64,000 nt of DNA, from positions 1-64,000 of the IMG/VR virus record IMGVR_UViG_3300028030_000011, one strand, 5' to 3'. The notes beneath the pieces are model-generated. The model was given only the letters and a program-made list of their open reading frames with translations. It had not been told where the DNA came from and ran no database searches. Each line of letters opens with the position of its first letter. The first letter of the stretch is position 1. A program made the translations under genes and the position numbers. Below are positions 49,272 through 56,556 of the stretch, one piece after another. The stretch is from a virus.

Positions 49272-49935
49272 GTCTTACATAATCAATTACAGCTTGTTTA
49301 ACGACTTGTGGATAGTATGTAGGTGCTTGTGTGCCTCTATCAGTACCTATATAGCTTGGAGTACCTTCTGGTAATCTTCTATACTTTGTAACTTTAGTAA
49401 TATCTTCATTCCACCCCTTAAATGTTAAAGCTTCCCAAACAAAGTCTTCTGATACATCTAATCCAGTATGTTGAATAACTCCTCTAACACTCATCGTACC
49501 ATCATCATAAATTTTACATTTCTTAGCATTAGCTACTGCTAACTGTTTTTCTTTCTCTGCTTGTTCTAATAGAGCTTCTGTTTTAATCTGATTTACTTTA
49601 ATCATTTCTGATTTAATAAATCTATCACACTCAATAGCAAATTTAGGAGAACACCATCTTGCAAAATGAACCACGAGTTCTGGGTGTAAATATGTTCCTT
49701 GTTGTTTTCCTTTACCTGTAACAACAATTTTAAGGTCACTGATTTTCAGTGAGCATAATTCTGCTAATTCAATCATATATTCTTCAGTATCTTTTGATGT
49801 GAAATAGTTATCAATACGCTTACCAAACTCTTTAGCTGTTGTTGTAGCATTAATCCATAAACCATTCTGTAATGCGAACATTACTTCTTTACTTGATATA
49901 GCTTCATTACTAAAGCTGTGTAATTCTAAATCCAT
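49255..49935 (-). CDS. Cassette E: KilA-N domain plus shared C-terminal domain
   Basis: WINATTTAKEFGK..QGTYLHPEL..FARWCSPKFAIECD; YDDGTMSVRG; stop lies inside R2. Confidence 0.9.
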   Translation of the reverse strand: MDLELHSFSNEAISSKEVMFALQNGLWINATTTAKEFGKRIDNYFTSKDTEEYMIELAELCSLKISDLKIVVTGKGKQQGTYLHPELVVHFARWCSPKFAIECDRFIKSEMIKVNQIKTEALLEQAEKEKQLAVANAKKCKIYDDGTMSVRGVIQHTGLDVSEDFVWEALTFKGWNEDITKVTKYRRLPEGTPSYIGTDRGTQAPTYYPQVVKQAVIDYVRQSNKS

Positions 49936-49979
49936 AATAGATTCCTAAACATAGACAAATTTTAAAGGTTGATGATTGT

Positions 49980-50073
49980 GAGTCCAATACGACCATCTAA
50001 ATAAATACCTTAGAGGAATACCCTTACCAAGTAGTAAAGAAATTCCAAGTCGGATTGGACTCCTCTAAAGTAT
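49980..50073 (-). ncRNA. Structured antisense leader element E
   Basis: Stem 50005-50017/50061-50073; antisense 50049-50062 versus target 49980-49993 (13/14). Confidence 0.7.
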
Positions 50074-50077
50074 TAAT

Positions 50078-50139
50078 AAAATTATATCATATAAATCTTT
50101 AACGAGTAGAGTTAGTGTTTAGCTAACTCTTGTTTGATT
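50078..50139 (-). repeat. Cassette repeat R2, copy 2
   Basis: See copy 1. Confidence 0.95.
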
Positions 50140-50142
50140 ATG

Positions 50143-50916
50143 CTAGTTCTCCCCTAGCTCATCCATTGGTCTATATTTGGCTCCCCAACCCTTTACAGAC
50201 TTTCTAACACCTCTAAGAACTTTAGCCATATTGCTAGTAGTAGAACCAACGAACTCAGAAGCTTCTTTATTTGATGTGAATACTTTTTCTTCTCCTGTAT
50301 CATTGTTTGTTAGAATTATATCTCTACCAGAAATCTTAACTATTTTAGGAACAGCTTTCTCCTCCATCTTTCTATATGAGTACATATAGCCACCATGAAC
50401 TTGTCTACCCTCTTCTGTATTATTGTTTGTATCATTTGTTAAACACTCTGATACATGAGCAGTATTGAGCTTTAATAGTCTACAAGCTTCTATAGGGTTT
50501 CTATAGCTTCCTAAGTACTTTCCATCTAAAGCATCATATAAGAACACTCTCTTTGGTTTAGAAGCTATCTGTGAATTTTCTCCTAATGATATAACTCTAC
50601 AGTTATTTGGGGTATAATTCTTTAGTGGGTCTATTCTATCACATACAAGAGTTTGTTGGTTCGCACTACCAATTCTTGGAATATATCCACCAACTATCAT
50701 CCATCTAGCGTATGCAAAATAATCATATCTCCACTCATCACATACCTCAATACCTTTAGCTCCATACTTATGGTAATTACGGTCGTTCTCATTATGGCAT
50801 CTTCTATTCATAGTATTCCATATTCTTCTAAGTTTATGGTTCACTAACGACTTAGGGTCTGTCATGAGGTCATGAAGTAATTCTTCTGTTGTAAACTTTT
50901 CTACAAAATTAGCCAT
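50143..50916 (-). CDS. Free-standing HNH-type homing endonuclease with two NUMOD1-like domains
   Basis: WNTMNRRC..YGAKGIEVCDEW..DRID..YTPNNCR; HGGYMYSY, KSVKGW. Confidence 0.85.
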   Translation of the reverse strand: MANFVEKFTTEELLHDLMTDPKSLVNHKLRRIWNTMNRRCHNENDRNYHKYGAKGIEVCDEWRYDYFAYARWMIVGGYIPRIGSANQQTLVCDRIDPLKNYTPNNCRVISLGENSQIASKPKRVFLYDALDGKYLGSYRNPIEACRLLKLNTAHVSECLTNDTNNNTEEGRQVHGGYMYSYRKMEEKAVPKIVKISGRDIILTNNDTGEEKVFTSNKEASEFVGSTTSNMAKVLRGVRKSVKGWGAKYRPMDELGEN

Positions 50917-51095
50917 GCTAATCCTTTTATATATGTATTATTCCTATTGGAATATCATATTATACAGTTTATGACCTCTATGGTTGCTGAATGTAAGGAA
51001 ATGTAGTGGAAGATGTTATTTAGTGATTGTTATGGGAAAAAGCTAAGTAAGAGGTAGGCAAATGAGTATAAATACTCAAATGCCTATTTTGTGGG

Positions 51096-52316
51096 CTACA
51101 TCTCAGCAACAGTAAGAATTTTTGCGATTCTTTCGGGTCTACTGAAAAGCGACCCATAGTACCATTCCGTAACAGTCCAGCCAACTTTTCCATACGGGTC
51201 TTGTCTATCACGAGATTGGATAGATTGTGGTTTCTTATCATGGTACAAGAATTTCTTGCCTTGTGTACCAGCTTTAAATGAAATAGTAGTAAATGAACCA
51301 CCACCTACAACAAGCATAGGATATACGTCATATCTATCTTCACCTCCTGCATTAGTGCTATGTCTGTAACCTTGGTTAGCACCTGTAGCTAAAGCTCCTG
51401 ATGCTTCATATCTCATCATGTATTTACCAACATTAATGAATCTAAAGTTACCTACTCTACCCCACTCACCATTAGCCATTCCACCTGCATCAGCATATCT
51501 TTCAAGTGGTTCAAATGCTTCATTACCAAAGTAGTCAGTAAGCTTCATAATGGTTTTTTTCATGTGAGTACCAATATACATATATCTAGCATTAGAGATA
51601 GTAACAGTATCAATTAATCTACTACCTTTTACAATTGTAGTATTCATAGGAACATCAAGGTCATCTAGCTTGTCATTAAGAGCCATAAGCCCATCATAAG
51701 TGACAACAGAGACGTTACCACCTTCACCTGTTACTTCATCCATTTGTGTAGCTACACCACCATACATAACAGTACCAGCATTTGCAAGTAAGTCAAGTTG
51801 CAATGTATCTTCATAAATCTGTGCAACAGCCTTATATGTCTCTCTTGTATTCCATTGGATTAAATCAGACTCTGAGTCAAACTGTGCTGAATCTTTTGTA
51901 TATTCCCAAAATAAACCATAGTCTTCAAATGTACCTTCAATTTGTAATCTAGTGAATGAAACACGGTTAACTCTACCACCCATCTCTCCTACTCTTGGAA
52001 GAAGTGAAGTAATAGTTCCCACATCTCTACTTGAACCATATAGATTCTGTGTTACAGTATTGTCTGTAGCATAATCAACACCTGCTGAGTTAATACCTTC
52101 TGTACCAACGTTTCTGTCATCCAATAATGGTACATGAACCAATTGAACAATTTTTTTACCATGGTTCTTTGGTGTCTCTTTAGGGTCTGTTAATTGAGAA
52201 AAGTAATCATACCCAACTCTCTCTTCAATAGCTTTTTTAATCCAATAATCAGTTACTGTCTGACTACCAATACTTGATTGTGTACCACCTAAAGGGTCAT
52301 TATATTTAATTGGCAT
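51096..52316 (-). CDS. Major capsid protein (N4 gp56-like)
   Basis: YNDP, PKNHGKKI, LLDDRN, NLYGSSRDVG, GGRVNRV, DPYG, RPERIA. Confidence 0.95.
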   Translation of the reverse strand: MPIKYNDPLGGTQSSIGSQTVTDYWIKKAIEERVGYDYFSQLTDPKETPKNHGKKIVQLVHVPLLDDRNVGTEGINSAGVDYATDNTVTQNLYGSSRDVGTITSLLPRVGEMGGRVNRVSFTRLQIEGTFEDYGLFWEYTKDSAQFDSESDLIQWNTRETYKAVAQIYEDTLQLDLLANAGTVMYGGVATQMDEVTGEGGNVSVVTYDGLMALNDKLDDLDVPMNTTIVKGSRLIDTVTISNARYMYIGTHMKKTIMKLTDYFGNEAFEPLERYADAGGMANGEWGRVGNFRFINVGKYMMRYEASGALATGANQGYRHSTNAGGEDRYDVYPMLVVGGGSFTTISFKAGTQGKKFLYHDKKPQSIQSRDRQDPYGKVGWTVTEWYYGSLFSRPERIAKILTVAEM

Positions 52317-52336
52317 ATCTTATTCCTTTGTATAAT

Positions 52337-53389
52337 TTAAGTAGGTAAATCTTTCAGATATTTTTCATAAAATTCATCTGCTTCTTTTTCAGTCATTCCA
52401 AATAAATCTATTTCTGCAAGATTAACCTTTTCTTTTGTTTGTGTTGGCTGTTGTCTGCTAGGTGTTTTTGATACCTTAGCAACATCAACATTAGCTTTTT
52501 TCTGTTGTTTTGATTTAATACTAGTCACAACGTCACTATACGATTCAATATAAATATCTATCGTAGGTCTATTATCTTTTTCAAACAATTTCTTAGATTG
52601 AACAGTAGCCATAACTTTATTATATATTCCATTTTCCATATCAGCATTTAATGCTTCTAACAGTTGTGGAGATTTATAAAAAACTTGTGAACTTTCATCG
52701 CTAAAATCATTTACAATATTCTTTTGAAATTTATCATAATTATTTGATGATTTCAATCTTGAAAATGTATCTTCAAATTCTATTTCTTCCTCAGAAGATA
52801 TATTATCATTTGGAACATAAGCATCTTCAACTTCTTCATCATCAGATAAATCAAGTTCTCTTTTTTTAGCAAAATCCAATAATGCTTGTTTATCACCTTT
52901 TGCTATATCAATTAACTGGTTCATAACTGTTTTATCATCAGCTATTCCAGCATCTTTTAATGCGTTTATAATTCCCATATAAGGTTTAGCCTCTTGCATT
53001 TTCTTATTGTAATTTATACCCATTTGCATAAGCTGTACAGCCTTCTCAGGAGTATCTACAATAACTTCATGACCATTAGCCTTTATTGGATTTTGTAATA
53101 GTTTAGAAAAGGTAGATTCCGTATCAACTTCATCTAATTTACTATTATCATCCTCAACTTGACCTTCATTGTTTTCGATTGGGTCAATATTCTCTTCTTG
53201 TACTGGTTCATTAACCACATCTTCTTGTACTTGTTCATCAGGAGAATCTAACTCTATATTATAGTTATCATCATTATCTTCATGCTCAGAGAGATAAGCA
53301 TCTAAATCAAATGATGCAAACTCATCAGCACTCATATTGTTGAAGTCTGGAGTATTAGTAGTTGCGTAAGCATTGCTTCTGTCATCCAT
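52337..53389 (-). CDS. N4 gp57-like protein (scaffold/tape-measure annotation)
   Basis: Acidic N-terminus; PIKANG..QLMQMGINYNKKMQ. Confidence 0.75.
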   Translation of the reverse strand: MDDRSNAYATTNTPDFNNMSADEFASFDLDAYLSEHEDNDDNYNIELDSPDEQVQEDVVNEPVQEENIDPIENNEGQVEDDNSKLDEVDTESTFSKLLQNPIKANGHEVIVDTPEKAVQLMQMGINYNKKMQEAKPYMGIINALKDAGIADDKTVMNQLIDIAKGDKQALLDFAKKRELDLSDDEEVEDAYVPNDNISSEEEIEFEDTFSRLKSSNNYDKFQKNIVNDFSDESSQVFYKSPQLLEALNADMENGIYNKVMATVQSKKLFEKDNRPTIDIYIESYSDVVTSIKSKQQKKANVDVAKVSKTPSRQQPTQTKEKVNLAEIDLFGMTEKEADEFYEKYLKDLPT

Positions 53390-53391
53390 AA

Positions 53392-53769
53392 TTATTTACC
53401 TGCCTGTTTTTTTTGAAGCTCTTCTTGAATCTCTTCAATTTGAGCTTTTGCATTTAAACCCTCAGCTTCTAGCTGTTTGAACCAAACTTGAACCACCCCA
53501 CTAGCATTAATAATACTATCTAATCTTTCACGTTGCACATCAGCCATTTCACCGAAAGAGACAGAAGGGTCTTGCTTTAATCTAATGCAACGTAAAGGAT
53601 ACTTATTGAAAAATTCCTCTGTAAACAACAATTTAAAATCTTTATTTTCTTTAAGATTTTCCATAGCATTATAAAGTTCAATCCTACCACTATCTTCAAT
53701 CTCTTTGATTGCGTCAGTTAATAATTGTGGGTTTACTGAATCATCTTTTTTAAGTTTATTTTTACTCAT
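53392..53769 (-). CDS. N4 gp58-like protein
   Basis: LKENKDFKLLFTEEFF; synteny. Confidence 0.6.
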   Translation of the reverse strand: MSKNKLKKDDSVNPQLLTDAIKEIEDSGRIELYNAMENLKENKDFKLLFTEEFFNKYPLRCIRLKQDPSVSFGEMADVQRERLDSIINASGVVQVWFKQLEAEGLNAKAQIEEIQEELQKKQAGK

Positions 53770-53840
53770 TATTTTTCCTTTTTTATTTAATTGTGATATT
53801 CAAATAATATCTCATTGTCACTTAATAAATTAAAACTAAG

Positions 53841-54275
53841 TTATAGTTTCAACTTTATTAATTTATTATATCGTAATTCTCTGACATTATATTTGTCTCT
53901 GAAACTTTTGTTAACTTGCCAATGTGGGTAATCTTTACCCCATAAGTCATATCCATGTTCTATAGGAAGATTATATTTATCTATAATTGTATGCATAGCA
54001 ATAGCTATAGATTTATATTCATCTCCAACATTATCCCATTGTAATGAATCATCTTTCCAAACAACAAGGTCTACAGCATTACCTGTTAAATGATTAGAGT
54101 TCATAGTCCAAGATACACCTCTTTTAACAAGTTGTTTTTGTCTCTTAAGACTTCTAACACCTTCAAATACAGTAAAATCTTGTTCTGTAATCTTTATTGC
54201 TTCTGTAACAGCAAAAGCTAATATAGGATTAATTCCTAATAATTTAGATTGACTTTTTTTACCAAGTTCATACAT
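53841..54275 (-). CDS. Endolysin, M15 L-Ala-D-Glu peptidase
   Basis: EGVRSLKRQ, SNHLTGNAVD, DYPHWQ; ATG at 54275. Confidence 0.9.
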   Translation of the reverse strand: MYELGKKSQSKLLGINPILAFAVTEAIKITEQDFTVFEGVRSLKRQKQLVKRGVSWTMNSNHLTGNAVDLVVWKDDSLQWDNVGDEYKSIAIAMHTIIDKYNLPIEHGYDLWGKDYPHWQVNKSFRDKYNVRELRYNKLIKLKL

Positions 54276-54276
54276 G

Positions 54277-54579
54277 TTATTCACCAAATATTTTAATAAT
54301 ACCACTAACACCTACAAATTGCATTGTTAATATAATACCTAATGCTATATAGATAAATTTAGATTGTTTATCTATCTTTGCATTAACCTCTTTCCAATCA
54401 TTCTTATCATCTAGTATAAATCTGTCAAATTGTTCACCAAGTAATTTTAGGCTATTTGCAGTCTCAACCCTAAGTTTTGTTGCTTCATATCCACAACAAC
54501 CATTCTCCAATGTAGAGATTCTCTCTTCAAGTCTTTCTATTTGTGCCTTTAACACAGGGCATACTTTATTATTAACCAT
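54277..54579 (-). CDS. Coiled-coil protein with C-terminal TM segment (lysis accessory/holin-like)
   Basis: Hydropathy; adjacent to endolysin. Confidence 0.55.
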   Translation of the reverse strand: MVNNKVCPVLKAQIERLEERISTLENGCCGYEATKLRVETANSLKLLGEQFDRFILDDKNDWKEVNAKIDKQSKFIYIALGIILTMQFVGVSGIIKIFGE

Positions 54580-54843
54580 CTAAAATCCAATATCAATATT
54601 TTTTCTATCTCTAATCAATGGTTTATCATCACCATCTTTACGATATTTTGCTAATCCAAATGCTCCAGCTAATCCAACGATTATATTCATTACTACAAAT
54701 ATAGTGTTACCATAATTGTTGTTACCTGTAATTGATTCTAGTATCGGCAACAATGTATCTTTATATTGTAGTAACACAGATAATACTGTTATTACTGTTA
54801 TACCAAATTTTACCGTATTGCTTTTTCTGATAGTACTTAACAT
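54580..54843 (-). CDS. Putative holin (2 TM segments, charged C-terminus)
   Basis: Hydropathy and context. Confidence 0.55.
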   Translation of the reverse strand: MLSTIRKSNTVKFGITVITVLSVLLQYKDTLLPILESITGNNNYGNTIFVVMNIIVGLAGAFGLAKYRKDGDDKPLIRDRKNIDIGF

Positions 54844-54855
54844 TATATGTCCTTT

Positions 54856-56556
54856 TTATAATGTTGCATTATCACTTCTGATTACACTAAAGCCTGTCTT
54901 ATCAAATATAGTTCCATTCCCAACAACGGTTGATTCTAAAGAGAAAGATACATAGTAATCACTAGGTAATTTAAATCTTAAATATAAATGGTCATCACTA
55001 CCAAGATAACTATCTACTTCTGTGAACACACCACTTCTATCCAAAGATTGTCTGTTTAGCAATGAGTTATTTGTAGAATAGACATACCCAACATATACAA
55101 TATCCAATATTGCAGACGCACCATACGCATACCCAATTACAGAGAAGTGGAACATTGCACTAAAGTCTATATTTAATGGTGTTCTTATATGAATATAATC
55201 ATTTGTAGCAGCAGAGTGAAAATGCTCTAGTATTCGTGTTCGTGTTCCTCTTATTGATTGAGATAATTGCATTGGATATTTCCAGCTACCCTTCCCATTA
55301 TCATCAGATGTGTACACTTTCCCATCTGATGCGTATTGTGGCTGGACTAGTCCTTTATCTGAATTGTAAATTTTCAAATCTCCATTTTTAATATTAACAA
55401 CATCTGCTACATCAAGGTATACATCAACTTCCGTACTCCCATTGCCATAACCAATATACATACCTCTAATATCATCAACATTTCTATATTCTGTGTATCC
55501 ATAATGCAACGCAGTATCATAAGTTGCTCTTATATATTTAGCATCTGGATGGATAAGTAGCTTACCATCTTTGTTGTATACTCCACTTCCAAGATGCAAA
55601 TTACCACCATTTATACTGCACAGACTGTCCTGTAGTTGACCATTTGAACCATCGAAAATTGGGATATGTTCATCAGTAGATGCAACTTTATCTACTTTAT
55701 TTGAGAGACTTGTACGTTCAATTTGTGTCATCCATTTTTTTGTTGTTGTCTCAGACACATCATCTGCTGTATGAACGTGTGTTGAATTTGATTTTAAATC
55801 CAATTCAGTTCTTACTGCTTTCTCGGTTGGGTACAATGTGTCATTTGAATTTGCTGTTCTTACTGATGTTGTCTTGTTTAATTTAAGTTCTCTATCATCT
55901 AACGCACTAGATAAACCAGCAATATTTCCAATAGATAATGTATCTAAATCATCTTTATTTTGTTTTATAAAATCAACAATTTCTTGTAGCTCATCCAATG
56001 TGGCATCATCACTAAGTAGTAACGTAGTAATGTCATCAATTAAGCCTTTCAGTATTCTAAGTTGATTTGCACTACCAGCTTTATCTGTATCATTACTAGT
56101 TAGATTATCTTTGATGTCATTTAATCTAGCTAGAGTATTTTCGGCTACTGTTGTAAAACTAGCTGTTGTAGCATCAAGAATTAACGAATTAGCATGTGTA
56201 TGTTCATTGTTTACGGCATCTGTAGTATCAAGATTTGGAACATTACCTAATCCAACCTTCTCTTTAGTTACATCATTTAATGTTGTCTCTGACGTATAAT
56301 ACCCAATTTTTTGCTCTCCTCTTTGTTGAGAGTTTAAATGGTATACCCATACAGTAGAACCAACTAGCATGTCCTCATTATATTTAATTGTAGTGTCTAC
56401 AATCGTATTATATGTATCTAAATCATCAGGGTTGTCAGAAACATATAGGTTGCCAATAAATTTATTGTCATTAATTATCGTAACAAAATTACCTTCATTT
56501 ACATTGAATTCTCTTTTGACTCCATGCTCATGCAATAAAAACTTATTTGGTATCAT
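54856..56556 (-). CDS. Tail fibre-like protein
   Basis: VTKEKVGLGNVPN, LDELQEIVDFIKQN, YPTEKAV fibre motifs. Confidence 0.7.
   Translation of the reverse strand: MIPNKFLLHEHGVKREFNVNEGNFVTIINDNKFIGNLYVSDNPDDLDTYNTIVDTTIKYNEDMLVGSTVWVYHLNSQQRGEQKIGYYTSETTLNDVTKEKVGLGNVPNLDTTDAVNNEHTHANSLILDATTASFTTVAENTLARLNDIKDNLTSNDTDKAGSANQLRILKGLIDDITTLLLSDDATLDELQEIVDFIKQNKDDLDTLSIGNIAGLSSALDDRELKLNKTTSVRTANSNDTLYPTEKAVRTELDLKSNSTHVHTADDVSETTTKKWMTQIERTSLSNKVDKVASTDEHIPIFDGSNGQLQDSLCSINGGNLHLGSGVYNKDGKLLIHPDAKYIRATYDTALHYGYTEYRNVDDIRGMYIGYGNGSTEVDVYLDVADVVNIKNGDLKIYNSDKGLVQPQYASDGKVYTSDDNGKGSWKYPMQLSQSIRGTRTRILEHFHSAATNDYIHIRTPLNIDFSAMFHFSVIGYAYGASAILDIVYVGYVYSTNNSLLNRQSLDRSGVFTEVDSYLGSDDHLYLRFKLPSDYYVSFSLESTVVGNGTIFDKTGFSVIRSDNATL

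Noticed and set aside
26134-50139. Cassettes as integron attC cassettes
   Set aside because: No GTTRRRY/RYYYAAC ends and no tyrosine recombinase in the window; each unit has its own promoter
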